Notes: generated from the letters alone by a model not told the origin. Counted from the stretch's first letter, positions 46,478 through 57,110 are shown. The stretch is 64,000 nucleotides of DNA from an uncultured Gemmatimonadaceae bacterium (GCA_964518955.1 CAZFHS010000017.1:34789-98788); one strand, 5' to 3'. Made by a program: numbers and translations.

Positions 46478-46843
46478 TTGGCACGCATCCTCGTGGTCGA
46501 TGACGAACCGATAGTCCGGAACCTCGTGAGAAAGACCCTCGAACGGGTCGGCCATGAGGTTGCCGAGGCTGAAGATGGAGATGCCGCTCTGGAGTTGAGC
46601 CGCGAGCAAACTTTCGAACTGGTGATAGCCGATCTCTTCATGCCGGTTATGGATGGCCTGCAGCTGATAGTTCAGCTGCGTGAAGAGGCTCCTGACACGA
46701 CGGTGATCGCGATCTCCGGCTCGGTGTACGAGCGGAAACCGCGATTCCTCGAGATTGCAGGAAGAATGGAGTCGGTCATCACTCTCGCGAAGCCATTCTC
46801 CACAGAGGAACTGCTCAGCGCCGTTGACGAAGCGCTCCCCTAA
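46478..46843 (+). CDS. Stand-alone CheY-like response regulator receiver protein
   Basis: TTG start. ARILVVDDEPIVRN...LVIADLFMPVMDG...AISG...LAKPF. Confidence 0.8.
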   Translation: MARILVVDDEPIVRNLVRKTLERVGHEVAEAEDGDAALELSREQTFELVIADLFMPVMDGLQLIVQLREEAPDTTVIAISGSVYERKPRFLEIAGRMESVITLAKPFSTEELLSAVDEALP

Positions 46844-46866
46844 CGGAATTCCACGAATGAGGATCG

Positions 46867-47598
46867 ATGGGGCCAGTACTGCGGCTTCGAGGCAGCATGG
46901 CTAGAGCTCTCGTAGTACTAACCGCATCTCTACTTTGCTTCGGCACGGAAGCCAAAGCCCAAACTCCAGATACAACCGCCATTGGCGGCGGCGATGTGCT
47001 CGCAGCGGTTGGAGCGGGGGCGCTTCTATTTGCCCCGACGTTGATGCAAGCTCCGGATTCCGTCACTTGTGTTCCCTGCAACAGATATGAAGTGCCCGTC
47101 TTCGATCGCTGGGCGATAGCGCCTGTGCGACCCATTCCCGCGAGGATCAGCGACGTTCTACTGATTGGAATCGGCGTTACCAGCTGGATCAACCTTGCCA
47201 ACGAAGGCGCCGCTGGGCGGCAGGGCATAGTGAGTTCCGTCGAGACGGTGCTCATAGCTGAAGGAGTGTCGCAGCTGTTGAAGAGAGTCGTTGGGAGGAA
47301 ACGCCCGGTACTCTACACGCCCGAAGGAGCTTCCGTCGCCGGTGATCCACGGAACCAACAGTCGTGGCCGTCAGGACATGCTGCTGGTGCGGCCGCGCTC
47401 GCCGCATCATATTGGCTTACGCGCAACCGAGTTTCGGCTGGAGGGGAAAACGACACACACGCTGTGATGCTCGCGGCGGGCGCCGTGACCGTCGCTGCTC
47501 TGAGAGTCGTAGCGGCCAAACATTTCCCATCTGACGTAATACCGGGGTTGATCCTCGGTGTGGCATCTGCGGGATTGGTCCATACCATCAAATTTTGA
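46867..47598 (+). CDS. PAP2-family (type 2 phosphatidic acid phosphatase-like) membrane phosphatase
   Basis: Motifs KRVVGRKRP, WPSGHAAG, LRVVAAKHFPSDV (KxxxxxxRP / PSGH / RxxxxxHxxxD). ATG 46897 is an alternative start. Confidence 0.85.
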   Translation: MGPVLRLRGSMARALVVLTASLLCFGTEAKAQTPDTTAIGGGDVLAAVGAGALLFAPTLMQAPDSVTCVPCNRYEVPVFDRWAIAPVRPIPARISDVLLIGIGVTSWINLANEGAAGRQGIVSSVETVLIAEGVSQLLKRVVGRKRPVLYTPEGASVAGDPRNQQSWPSGHAAGAAALAASYWLTRNRVSAGGENDTHAVMLAAGAVTVAALRVVAAKHFPSDVIPGLILGVASAGLVHTIKF

Positions 47599-47650
47599 GA
47601 GAACCCACGAGTCAACATTCTTCGCATCCATTTGTGCAAGGAGCGCCTGA

Positions 47651-49609
47651 ATGAACGGTAAGAAGCTTCCACGCACCGCCTACGTGCTCGAAGAAGGCCA
47701 GGAGTACGTCCCTTACACCAAGGGGCAGACACTCACCGAGTTCACCATCAAGACGGTGATATCAGGCGCCTTGCTTGGCATGATCTTTGGGGCTGCGAAT
47801 ACATATCTGGGGTTGAAAGCCGGACTGACAATCAGCACCTCGATCCCTGTCGCGGTGCTAACCGTAGTTGCGTTCAGGATCTTCTCCGCCATGGGTCTCA
47901 GCTACAGCATACTCGAGACCAATATGTCGCAGACGATCGGCTCTGCGAGCTCGTCGGTGGCCTCGGGTGTGTTGTTCACGATTCCGGCGTTGTTTATTTG
48001 GGGCATATCACCCGAGTGGCGCCAGATTACGCTCCTTGCCATGTGCGGCGGCATAATTGGCGTACTGGCGATGATCCCGCTGCGTCGATTCTTGATTGCT
48101 CGTGAACATGGAAACCTGCCGTATCCAGAGGGAATGGCGTGCGCTGAGGTACTAGTCGCGGCGGAAGGTGGGGGAAGGCAGGCTTCGGGCGTCTTCTGGG
48201 GCATAGGTTTCGGTATGCTCTTCAAGCTGATCACCGACGGCTTCAAGTTCGTGGGTGGCAGGTTCGAGCTGCTTCTAGGCTTTAAGGCAAACCTCTCGGT
48301 CAGCGTATCCACACCGCTGATCGGAGTGGGCTACATCCTCGGAATACGCATTGCGACGGTCATGGTGGCAGGCGGTGCGCTTTCAGCATTGGTGATCATT
48401 CCTGCGATCAACCTCTGGGGCGCGGGATTGACCGAGCCGATGTTCCCGGAAACGGAGAAGCTGATTCGCGACATGTCGGCCAGTGAGATCTGGAATCGGT
48501 ATGTGCGCTACATCGGAGCGGGCGCAGTGGCGACCGGCGGTATCATCACCTTGATCAAGTCAATTCCGACGATGATCGAGTCGTTCAAGTTGGGCATAGG
48601 ACAAATCGCCAAGGCCACGGAAGGCACTGTGTTCGACCGCACAGACCGAGACCTGTCGTACAAGACGGTGCTCGTGATCGTGGGTTGCGTGTTGTTGGTG
48701 CTGACATTCATACCGGGCATTCTGGGCTATCTGGATTCCGTAGTCGCAAGAGGTTTGGCGGCGATAATGATAGCGATCTTCGCGTTCTTCTTCGTTACCG
48801 TGAGCTCGAGAATCGTCGGCCTGGTCGGAGTTACCTCCAATCCCACATCGGGAATGACGATCGCAACACTGTTGGGCACGGCCTCCATCTTCTACCTGAT
48901 GGGCTGGACGGACCTCTCCGGCAAGGCGACAGCTCTCATGGTTGGAACGGTCGTTTGTATTGCTGCCTCGATCGCTGGCGACACCTCTCAGGACCTGAAG
49001 ACCGGATACGTATTGGGCGCCACTCCCAGGCTTCAGCAGATAGGTGAGTTGATCGGAGTCATCACTTCTGCCGGGGTAGTGTGTCTGGTCGTCATGCTGC
49101 TTCACCAGAACGTCGAAGGTGGCCTTGGCGGAGCCGAACTACCGGCGCCACAGTCAGTCTTGATGAAACTGGTGATCGACGGTGTGCTCGACCAGAATCT
49201 GCCGTGGACCCTGATATTCATAGGTGTCGGCATCGGGCTTGGGGCGTCGCTGTTCAAGATTCCGGTGTTGGCATTCGCAGTCGGCGTTTACCTGCCCCTC
49301 TACACCATGGCGGCGGTATTCGTGGGCGGCCTGACACGGCACATACTCACCAGCCATCCAGATCCAGAGGAGGCCGAGCGGCGCCGCGAACGAGGAGTGC
49401 TGTTTGGGTCCGGATTGGTGGGTGGGGGTGGCCTGACAGGTGTGCTGCTGGCTCTGTGGGTGGCGCTCAGAGGTGGTGAACGCATTGTTGGCTTCCCGCC
49501 CAATTTGCCGCACTTCCTAGAACAAGCCCTGGCGCTCGCCACAGTGTTGTTGATCGTCGGTATCATGACAGCGTTCATCCGGGCACGGTCGGACTCAGTT
49601 TCACAATGA
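47651..49609 (+). CDS. OPT-family oligopeptide transporter
   Basis: 652 aa, polytopic. FTIKTVISGALLGMIFGAANTYLGLKAGLTISTSIP and LPYPEGMACAEVL are typical of bacterial OPT-superfamily transporters. Confidence 0.85.
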   Translation: MNGKKLPRTAYVLEEGQEYVPYTKGQTLTEFTIKTVISGALLGMIFGAANTYLGLKAGLTISTSIPVAVLTVVAFRIFSAMGLSYSILETNMSQTIGSASSSVASGVLFTIPALFIWGISPEWRQITLLAMCGGIIGVLAMIPLRRFLIAREHGNLPYPEGMACAEVLVAAEGGGRQASGVFWGIGFGMLFKLITDGFKFVGGRFELLLGFKANLSVSVSTPLIGVGYILGIRIATVMVAGGALSALVIIPAINLWGAGLTEPMFPETEKLIRDMSASEIWNRYVRYIGAGAVATGGIITLIKSIPTMIESFKLGIGQIAKATEGTVFDRTDRDLSYKTVLVIVGCVLLVLTFIPGILGYLDSVVARGLAAIMIAIFAFFFVTVSSRIVGLVGVTSNPTSGMTIATLLGTASIFYLMGWTDLSGKATALMVGTVVCIAASIAGDTSQDLKTGYVLGATPRLQQIGELIGVITSAGVVCLVVMLLHQNVEGGLGGAELPAPQSVLMKLVIDGVLDQNLPWTLIFIGVGIGLGASLFKIPVLAFAVGVYLPLYTMAAVFVGGLTRHILTSHPDPEEAERRRERGVLFGSGLVGGGGLTGVLLALWVALRGGERIVGFPPNLPHFLEQALALATVLLIVGIMTAFIRARSDSVSQ

Positions 49610-49703
49610 GACCGAAACTCAGTACGCTCGTGACACGTAGTTTGAGAAGGAGTGGATTGTACCGCCACGAGGTGGTATTACGTCTTTTCTGGAGGTTTTG
49701 AAG

Positions 49704-50045
49704 ATGACGACTGAGGGAACACGCCGCGGTAGCATGCTCAACGCGATGACATGGATGTTGGGACTTTCCATCCTTTTGTTTTGGATTCCTTTCCTGGGTG
49801 GCCTGATTGCTGGCTTCGTTGGCGGTAGAAAGGCCGGTAGAGTACCTGAGGCGATTCTCGCGGTCGTGCTTCCGGGCCTGGTGCTCGGCATACTCACATT
49901 CCTTTTGGGCAGTGTGTTGGGTGGCATCCCGGTCATAGGTCAACTGTTCGCACTAGTTGCCGGCATGGGAACATTGTTGCTGTCGTTCATGAACGTTATC
50001 CCGCTGTTGCTCGGTGCGGTTCTTGGAGCATTGACCACCAAATAG
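49704..50045 (+). CDS. Small integral membrane protein, function unknown
   Basis: ORF 49698..50045. ATG 49704 lies 8 nt after GGAGG. Three or four predicted TM helices, Gly-rich. Confidence 0.6.
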   Translation: MTTEGTRRGSMLNAMTWMLGLSILLFWIPFLGGLIAGFVGGRKAGRVPEAILAVVLPGLVLGILTFLLGSVLGGIPVIGQLFALVAGMGTLLLSFMNVIPLLLGAVLGALTTK

Positions 50046-50082
50046 TCGAGCAGCCAACAGCTAGTTCGTAGAATCCGGACCA

Positions 50083-50135
50083 ACAGCCATCAGCGATCAA
50101 CTCTAGGAGTTGTGACCTGATGGCTGTATTCTTTT
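50083..50135 (+). terminator. Nested perfect hairpin plus T-run after the small membrane protein gene
   Basis: ACAGCCATCAG (50083-50093) pairs with CTGATGGCTGT (50117-50127). It encloses CAACTC-tag-GAGTTG and is followed by ATTCTTTT. Confidence 0.6.
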
Positions 50136-50859
50136 GCCCATCTTGCCCTGGACAGACATTCTCCTAGCGAACCTGGCGGTAATCCTTGGAGCAACACTTC
50201 AAGGATCTGTTGGATTTGGGCTAGGCTTCGTGGGAGCGCCGTTACTCATGCTGGTCAGCCCCTCGTTCATTCCCGGTCCTCTCCTGTTGAATGCCGTAGT
50301 GCTCACCTTGCTGCTCACGCATCGTGAGCGACACTCAATTGTCTTTTCGGAAATCAGGTGGGCGGTGGTCGGTCGGATAGTGGGCGTGATAGCCGCCGCC
50401 GCCGTTGTCGCATCGATTTCTACTGACGGTTTGGCACTCACGTTGGGAATACTGGTGCTTGTCTTGGTGCTGCTGAGTTTGTCAGGGTTGCACTTTGCAC
50501 CGACGTGGAAAAGTCTGATAGTTGCGGGAACCCTCTCCGGCTTTTCCGGGACCATTGCTTCAGTGGGTGCACCGCCGATGGCGATTGTCTATCAGAATGA
50601 ATCCGGGCCTCGGATTCGCGGCACCCTCTCGGCGTTTTTTGTCATAGGAACCGTGTTGTCTCTGACCGCTCTGGTGATCGTGGGGCGCCTAGGTTTTGCA
50701 GAACTGTCAATCGGCCTGAGACTGCTTCCGGGGCTGCTGACGGGATTTGTCATCTCTCGACGTTTGGCGCTGATCCTGGACCGCGGTCAGACGCGCAACG
50801 CGGTGTTGGCGCTCGCCACTTTCGGTGGAGTGTTGTTGATCGTCAGAGAGTTGTTTTAG
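50134..50859 (+). CDS. TauE/SafE (DUF81) family anion exporter
   Basis: 241 aa, about 7-8 TM. LGATLQGSVGFGLGFVGAPLL and GTIASVGAPPMAIVY repeats. Only TTG starts (50134 or 50143) are available upstream of TM1. Confidence 0.75.
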   Translation: MPILPWTDILLANLAVILGATLQGSVGFGLGFVGAPLLMLVSPSFIPGPLLLNAVVLTLLLTHRERHSIVFSEIRWAVVGRIVGVIAAAAVVASISTDGLALTLGILVLVLVLLSLSGLHFAPTWKSLIVAGTLSGFSGTIASVGAPPMAIVYQNESGPRIRGTLSAFFVIGTVLSLTALVIVGRLGFAELSIGLRLLPGLLTGFVISRRLALILDRGQTRNAVLALATFGGVLLIVRELF

Positions 50860-50891
50860 CCAATCTCCAACTTGACAAAACGGCGAAAAGG

Positions 50892-50919
50892 TTATTTCTT
50901 CTGCGCAACAGAATAAATA
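50892..50919. promoter_or_regulatory. Imperfect palindrome TTATTTCTTCTG-cgcaa-CAGAATAAATA upstream of PadR module 3 (candidate autoregulatory operator)
   Basis: 10 of 12 arm positions are complementary. It ends 13 nt before the PadR ATG, and a TTGACA hexamer lies at 50872-50877. Confidence 0.35.
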
Positions 50920-50932
50920 GCCTGGAGTGGTT

Positions 50933-51271
50933 ATGACCTCTCGAGACGGACTCAATGAAGTAGACCAACTCGTATTACTCGCGCTGGTTCGGCTCGATGA
51001 CGGTGCCTACGGTGTGACTATTCGGGCGGAAATCGAGACCCGGTCGGGCAAACCCGTTTCTATGGCGGCAGTCTACTCGGCGTTGGATCGGCTCGAGCGC
51101 AAGGGGTTCGCGGAGTCTAGGCTGTCGGATCCGAAACCGGAACGAGGCGGCAGGGCAAAGAAGCATTTCAAGATTACTGAGTTCGGTGCGGCTGAACTGA
51201 GGGATGCGCGTGGGGTCATGGCACGCATGTGGGATGGACTCGAGATGCACCCTGACCTGAGGGTACGATGA
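50933..51271 (+). CDS. PadR-family transcriptional regulator (module 3)
   Basis: ORF 50927..51271. ATG 50933 lies 5 nt after GGAG. LVLLALVRLDDGAYGVTIRAEI...AVYSALDRLERKGF...GGRAKKHFKIT. Confidence 0.85.
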   Translation: MTSRDGLNEVDQLVLLALVRLDDGAYGVTIRAEIETRSGKPVSMAAVYSALDRLERKGFAESRLSDPKPERGGRAKKHFKITEFGAAELRDARGVMARMWDGLEMHPDLRVR

Positions 51272-53937
51272 CTAAGGCAAGGCCCCCGCGAACTGCGCTA
51301 TGGCTTCTGCGCCGGGTTCTGAGTCGTCAGAACCGTGACTTCATCATTGACGATCTCACGGAAGAGTTCTCGGGAAGAATCGAGACGGGCACTAGTATCC
51401 TTGCGGCTCGGCGCTGGTTCTGGTGGCAGGTGGCTCAATCGGTCGCGCCTTCTCTCCGAGATCGCGGGCTCGGCTTCCTGCTTCCGCGAGGATTGTCGCT
51501 CACGCTCCGCGACTTCTTCCAGGATGTTCGATACTCACTCCGCACACTCCGAACGAGCATGGGCTTTTCCACGGTTGCAGTTCTCACACTCGCGCTGGGC
51601 ATCGGCGCCAATACTGCGGTGTTCACGGTCGTGAACGGCGTATTGCTGAGGCCGCTTCCGTACCCGGATCAGGATCGATTGGTGACACTGTGGTCAGCCA
51701 GGCAGGATGGAGCGATTGGATCGCTTCCCTCATTTCCCGATTTCCAGTCGTGGCACGATCAATCGGAGAGCTACAGTGGAATGGCGTTCGTCTATGGCGA
51801 CGAGGTGGTTCGCAGAACCGATGAAGGTCTCGACCCGATGCTCGCGGCGTACGTCACCGGCGGGTTCTTCTCCACTCTGCTCCCACGCACACAGTTGGGG
51901 ACACCATTCAGCTCCGCCAGCGCTGGCGGAGTCGATGAAGACCGGGTGATCGTCCTCAAGTATGGAGTGTGGCAGGGGAAATTCGGCGGCGATCCCGATA
52001 TTGTGGGAAAGACAGTGCCATTCAGGGACGGCTCCTTCACCGTTGTGGCCGTGTTGGCTGAGGGCGTGGACTATCCTGTGTGGGCAGACGTATACACACC
52101 CATCACCCACGATTTGATCGACCGATCGGGCCTAAACGCCCGAGACCGGCGAGTGGACACCAGGGTGCTCGCCAGACTGAAGAACAATGTGGATCAGGAG
52201 ACGGCGCTTTCGGAACTCTCCACGATCGCTGCCCGACTCGAGACGGAATATCCGGAGACCAACACCGACTGGACTGTGAGAATTCGGCCGCTCAAAGCAA
52301 TCGTGCTGGACCCATGGGGCCAGAACCGGAACCTGCGCAGAGCGCTCTTTGTACTCACGGGAGCCGTTGGTTTTGTGTTGCTGATTGCGTGCGCGAACAT
52401 AGCCAATCTGATGCTTGCCCGAGTGGTGGCGCGTGGTCGAGAGATGGCTGTGCGCACGGCACTTGGTGCAGGGAAGTGGCGTCTCGTTCGCCAAACCCTG
52501 ACGGAGAGTCTGGTGCTTGCGACGCTAGGTGCTGCAGCCGGGGTCACCTGCGCGTTGTGGGGCGTGGATGCCATACTCGCCGGCGCTCCCCCACTGCCCA
52601 GGGTAGACGAAGTCAGGGTGGACGGTGGAGTGTTGGTTTATACCACGGGGCTTGCAGTGCTTGCGGCGCTGCTGTTCGGAGCCGCCCCGGCGTTGCGGCA
52701 CGGTGGTCGCAATCTGGTGGAGAAGTTGAAGGAAGGTGGGAGAACGGCGGTTGGCCGTATTGGCACGAGACACATTCAGGTATCGCTCGTCGTGTCGCAG
52801 GTAGGTTTGGCGTTGGTATTGCTCATTGGGGCAGGGCTGCTAGCGAAGAGCTTGCACCAACTCACTCAGGTGAACCTCGGTTTCAATTCCGAGCAGCTCA
52901 CGAGCCTTCGTATTAGGCCGCCACTGACGCAATACAATGATGCAGCGTTGCGGGCCGACCTGTACCGTCGCCTCGTGGATGCGGTAGCGGCAGTTCCAGG
53001 TGTCGAGTCCGCGTCGATGGTGAACCACACTCCTGGAGGCGGATTGATATTTTCTCCTCTACGCGTGGATGGACTCGAGGAGGAATTCACCACCGCCTAC
53101 AAGACCGTGGCGCCGAGATACTTCGAGACCATGGGGATCGCGGTAGCCGAGGGTAGGAGTTTCAACTCCCTCGACATGACGGGAAGCACGGATGCCTTGA
53201 TCGTAGATCGCACTCTTGCGCAGTTCCTGGACCTCGAATTGGGCAGGCGCATCACAGTTTACAGACAAGTTGCTGATGACCAACTCGGCCAGCCTGTCAC
53301 GGGAGAAGTCGTCGGGATTGTGGGTGCTACCCGAGTTTCACTTTCGCAGCAAATGCCCTACCCGAATGTGTATCTACCGTACACGGTTAACCCATGGATG
53401 TGGTGTTCGGTTGTCGCCCGCAGCCGAGCAGATGTATCTGGAATCGGAGAGCAGATAAAGGCCGCGGTTTTGAGTGTTGAACCGGAGATTCCCGGAGTTG
53501 AACCAGAGTCCATCTCCGACAGAATGTACGACACAGTCGCGAAGGAGCGTTTCGCCGCCCGCATAATGGGATCGTTCGCCGCAGCCGCATTGTTGCTGTC
53601 GGCGGTCGGCATATACGGTGTAATGGATTATCTGGTGCGGCAGCGTACAGCCGAGATCGGGTTGCGGCTCGCATTGGGGGCAACGTCCAGGAGCGTACTC
53701 AGGTTGGTTGTCGGGCGCGCCATGTGGATGGTGGGCGCAGGAACCCTGGTCGGGCTGGCCGCGGCGTTCGGCCTAACGCGGTTTCTTGGTGCAATGCTCT
53801 TCGGTGTCGGGGCAACCGATATAACGACCTACGTGTCGCTGACGTGTGCCCTGGTCGTTGTGGCGTTCATCGCGAGTCTCCTGCCCGCGAGGCGAGCCAC
53901 GCGAGTGGACCCGCTCACGACGCTCCGGATGGAGTAA
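51268..53937 (+). CDS. ADOP-type duplicated MacB/FtsX-like permease (module 3)
   Basis: 889 aa. ATGA overlap with the PadR stop. PPRTALWLLRRVL N-terminus. Duplicated FtsX blocks (REMAVRTALGAGKWRL; AEIGLRLALGATSRSV). Confidence 0.9.
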   Translation: MTKARPPRTALWLLRRVLSRQNRDFIIDDLTEEFSGRIETGTSILAARRWFWWQVAQSVAPSLRDRGLGFLLPRGLSLTLRDFFQDVRYSLRTLRTSMGFSTVAVLTLALGIGANTAVFTVVNGVLLRPLPYPDQDRLVTLWSARQDGAIGSLPSFPDFQSWHDQSESYSGMAFVYGDEVVRRTDEGLDPMLAAYVTGGFFSTLLPRTQLGTPFSSASAGGVDEDRVIVLKYGVWQGKFGGDPDIVGKTVPFRDGSFTVVAVLAEGVDYPVWADVYTPITHDLIDRSGLNARDRRVDTRVLARLKNNVDQETALSELSTIAARLETEYPETNTDWTVRIRPLKAIVLDPWGQNRNLRRALFVLTGAVGFVLLIACANIANLMLARVVARGREMAVRTALGAGKWRLVRQTLTESLVLATLGAAAGVTCALWGVDAILAGAPPLPRVDEVRVDGGVLVYTTGLAVLAALLFGAAPALRHGGRNLVEKLKEGGRTAVGRIGTRHIQVSLVVSQVGLALVLLIGAGLLAKSLHQLTQVNLGFNSEQLTSLRIRPPLTQYNDAALRADLYRRLVDAVAAVPGVESASMVNHTPGGGLIFSPLRVDGLEEEFTTAYKTVAPRYFETMGIAVAEGRSFNSLDMTGSTDALIVDRTLAQFLDLELGRRITVYRQVADDQLGQPVTGEVVGIVGATRVSLSQQMPYPNVYLPYTVNPWMWCSVVARSRADVSGIGEQIKAAVLSVEPEIPGVEPESISDRMYDTVAKERFAARIMGSFAAAALLLSAVGIYGVMDYLVRQRTAEIGLRLALGATSRSVLRLVVGRAMWMVGAGTLVGLAAAFGLTRFLGAMLFGVGATDITTYVSLTCALVVVAFIASLLPARRATRVDPLTTLRME

Positions 53938-53958
53938 AGGCCAGACTGCCTTCCACCA

Positions 53959-55260
53959 TCACATAACGGTTTGTCTGCCTCCAGCGGAGAACGCAGACTG
54001 GAAATCCTGACCAGTAGGTTGCTGGAACACTCGAAGCCCGAACTCCGGGACTATCGCGAGAAGGTGATCGAAGATGTCGGATTGGATACCTTCGTAAGCA
54101 ACCCAGTCGACGTCATTCGAAAACACGTAGATCTCGATCGGCAGGCCGTTGGCTGTCGGGCTCAACTGTCGTATCAGGAAGGTCATTTTGTCGTGGATCT
54201 TCGGGTGTGAGCGTAGGTATTGCACCACGTACATCCTGAATGTTCCGATATTCGTCAGTTTGCGTGCGTTCGCCACCAGGTTTGTATCACCATCCACCAC
54301 CGCCTTGTTGTACTCATCCAACTCAGATTTCTTTTCGGCAATGTAATCCTTGAGCAGAACGAACTTCCCAAACCTTTCGATGTCACCGTCATCGAGAAAC
54401 CGTATCGAGTTCATGTCGAGAACGAGCGCTCTCTTTATGCGGCGCCCGCCTGACTCGCTCATCGACCTCCAGTTCTTGAACGAATCGCTGATGAGCCGAT
54501 GGGTAGGTATCGTGGTAATCGTCTTGTCCCAGTTTTGCACCTTCACGGTGTGGAGTGCAATGTCGACAACGTCACCGTCAGCGCCGAATTGAGACATTTC
54601 GATCCAGTCGCCGACGCGTACCATGTCGTTACTGGCAATCTGAAGGCTCGCCACGAATGAGAGGATCGTGTCTCGGAAGACCAACAGCAGAACCGCCGTC
54701 ATCGCCCCGATACCGCCCAGGAAGAACATGGGCGATTTGTCGATGAGCGTCGCTACCGTGACGATTGCGCCTAGCACGTAGACAATCAGTTTGACGATCT
54801 GTACGTAACCTTTTATCGGTCGGCCTCGCGCCAGGTTGCTTGCTGCGTAGATCTCGTGCACAGCGTTCAGGAACGCGCCGACCGAGAGCATCCCCACGAG
54901 CACCATGGATGCGAGCGCAGTTTGCCTGATCAGGTTTGTGAGGCCTTCGCCGATATCGGGCACCATCTGGATGCCGTAGTAGATGGCGAAGCCGGGGGCT
55001 ATGTGAGCGAGCCGCTCGAACACCCGATGTTTTTGCAGCACATCGTCCCACGTGAAGGTCGTGCGGCGCACGATTCTGGCGATGGTCGCAAGCAGGATCC
55101 GTTTGGTGATCCTGTCTGCCAAGATCGCTGCAAGCGATATCACCACCAGCCCGCCCAGCTGGCCGACTAGCTGGTGCTCGCCGAGCCATTGCATGACGGA
55201 ACTGAAGTCACTTTGCGCCGTGCTGTCGGCGGTTTGTCCGGTCGAGAATCCGAATGCCAT
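53959..55260 (-). CDS. MscS-family mechanosensitive ion channel
   Basis: ORF 53959..55380. Start moved to ATG 55260 (MAFGFSTGQ...). VRVGDWIEMSQFGADGDVVDIALHTVKVQNWDKTITTIPTHRL beta-domain signature. Confidence 0.85.
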   Translation of the reverse strand: MAFGFSTGQTADSTAQSDFSSVMQWLGEHQLVGQLGGLVVISLAAILADRITKRILLATIARIVRRTTFTWDDVLQKHRVFERLAHIAPGFAIYYGIQMVPDIGEGLTNLIRQTALASMVLVGMLSVGAFLNAVHEIYAASNLARGRPIKGYVQIVKLIVYVLGAIVTVATLIDKSPMFFLGGIGAMTAVLLLVFRDTILSFVASLQIASNDMVRVGDWIEMSQFGADGDVVDIALHTVKVQNWDKTITTIPTHRLISDSFKNWRSMSESGGRRIKRALVLDMNSIRFLDDGDIERFGKFVLLKDYIAEKKSELDEYNKAVVDGDTNLVANARKLTNIGTFRMYVVQYLRSHPKIHDKMTFLIRQLSPTANGLPIEIYVFSNDVDWVAYEGIQSDIFDHLLAIVPEFGLRVFQQPTGQDFQSAFSAGGRQTVM

Positions 55261-55496
55261 CTTACCCTCTCGTGTCGAATGCAGGCGAGATCGGTGTGCG
55301 TTCCTTGGAGGAGGAAACATAGCGCGGTGAACGAGTCTACTTCCAGTCGTAATCCTGTTCTGGCGGTCAGAAAACCTCACGTGGAATATCGAAGGCGAAT
55401 GTGCGACTTTTCGTCCGGCTGGAGACGCCGATCCGATCGGTGTTGTCTCGTTCGGCTCAATTCAGAATCCAAGTAACGAATTCAAGGAGCACCAAG

Positions 55497-57110
55497 ATGG
55501 CGGAGTTTGCATATCAGAACCCGTTTCCGCTGGCAAAGGATGCCACGAAATACCGATTGGTGACCAGCGAGCACGTTTCGATGGTTGACCTAGATGGCGA
55601 GCAAGTGCTGAAAGTCGATCCCGCAGGACTCACGAACCTAGCTCGCGAAGCAATGCGTGACGCCTCGTTTTTGCTTCGACCCGCACACCTCGAACAGGTG
55701 GCGGCGATTCTCGACGATCCTGAAGCGAGCGACAACGATCGCGGGGTGGCGCTCGCGATGCTGAAGAATGCTGAGGTTGCCGCCAACTTCATGCTTCCCC
55801 TGTGTCAGGACACTGGCACCGCAACCATCGTGGCCAAAAAAGGGCAGGGAGTCTGGACCGGCGGCGGTGACGCGGAGCTCTTGGCGCGTGGAGTCTATGA
55901 TACGTACACCGGGGAGAACCTGCGGTACTCACAAACGGTACCGCTCACCATGTACGAGGAGAAAAATTCGGGCACGAATTTACCGCCGCAAATAGACATC
56001 TATGCCACAGATGGGTCCGAATACTCGTTCCTGTTCGTGGCGAAGGGCGGTGGATCTGGGAACAAGACTTATCTCTACCAGGAAACCAAAGCTCTCTTGA
56101 ACCCCGAGAAGCTCGAGGCTTTCCTGACCGAAAAGATGAGAACGCTTGGCACGGCTGCTTGCCCACCTTACCACCTTGCATTTGTCGTTGGCGGTACGTC
56201 CGCTGAGGCATGCCTCAAGACGGTGAAGCTGGCCAGCACGGGATACCTCGACGGCTTACCGACGAGCGGCAACGAACACGGTCAGGCTTTCAGAGACCTC
56301 GAAATGGAGCAGAAGATGCTCGAGGCCGCACAGAAGAGTGGTTTCGGAGCACAGTTCGGCGGCAAGCATTTCGCGCTCGACGTTCGTGTTGTCCGGTTGC
56401 CGCGCCATGGCGCATCGTGCCCCGTTGGCATGGGAGTGTCCTGCTCGGCGCACAGAAACGTCAAAGCGAAGATCAATGAAGACGGACTCTGGATCGAGGA
56501 ACTCGAGCGCGACCCGGGACGCTTCATTCCCGAGAAGTATCGGGAAGCTCACCATGGTGGTGCGGTCAAAATCGACCTGGACCGGCCTATGACAGAGATC
56601 AGAGCCGAACTCAGCAAACACCCGATCAAGACTCAATTGGAACTGACGGGCACGTTGATCGTGGCGCGCGACATTGCGCACGCCAAGTTGAAGGAACGCG
56701 TGGATTCAGGCGAAGGATTGCCACAGTATTTCAGAGACCATCCCGTGTACTACGCCGGCCCGGCAAAGACTCCCGAGGGCATGCCATCCGGATCGTTCGG
56801 ACCCACTACGGCGGGGCGCATGGATTCATACGTGGGATTATTCCAGGCGAACGGTGGGTCGATGGTGATGATCGCAAAAGGCAATCGCAGCCAACAGGTT
56901 ACGGATGCGTGCAAAGAATACGGCGGATTCTACCTCGGCTCCATTGGTGGACCTGCCGCAATTCTCGCTCAGGACAACATCAAGAAGGTGGAACTGCTCG
57001 AGTATCCAGAGCTTGGCATGGAAGCGATCTACAAGATCGACGTGGTCGACTTCCCGGCATTCATCCTCGTCGACGACAAGGGGAACGATTTCTTCCAGCA
57101 GCTCGGCTGA
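55497..57110 (+). CDS. Class I (Fe-S dependent) fumarate hydratase
   Basis: ORF 55401..57110. ATG 55497 follows [33 protein letters not shown], the C-terminal beta-subunit-like region [14 protein letters not shown] and [10 protein letters not shown]. Confidence 0.9.
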   Translation: MAEFAYQNPFPLAKDATKYRLVTSEHVSMVDLDGEQVLKVDPAGLTNLAREAMRDASFLLRPAHLEQVAAILDDPEASDNDRGVALAMLKNAEVAANFMLPLCQDTGTATIVAKKGQGVWTGGGDAELLARGVYDTYTGENLRYSQTVPLTMYEEKNSGTNLPPQIDIYATDGSEYSFLFVAKGGGSGNKTYLYQETKALLNPEKLEAFLTEKMRTLGTAACPPYHLAFVVGGTSAEACLKTVKLASTGYLDGLPTSGNEHGQAFRDLEMEQKMLEAAQKSGFGAQFGGKHFALDVRVVRLPRHGASCPVGMGVSCSAHRNVKAKINEDGLWIEELERDPGRFIPEKYREAHHGGAVKIDLDRPMTEIRAELSKHPIKTQLELTGTLIVARDIAHAKLKERVDSGEGLPQYFRDHPVYYAGPAKTPEGMPSGSFGPTTAGRMDSYVGLFQANGGSMVMIAKGNRSQQVTDACKEYGGFYLGSIGGPAAILAQDNIKKVELLEYPELGMEAIYKIDVVDFPAFILVDDKGNDFFQQLG

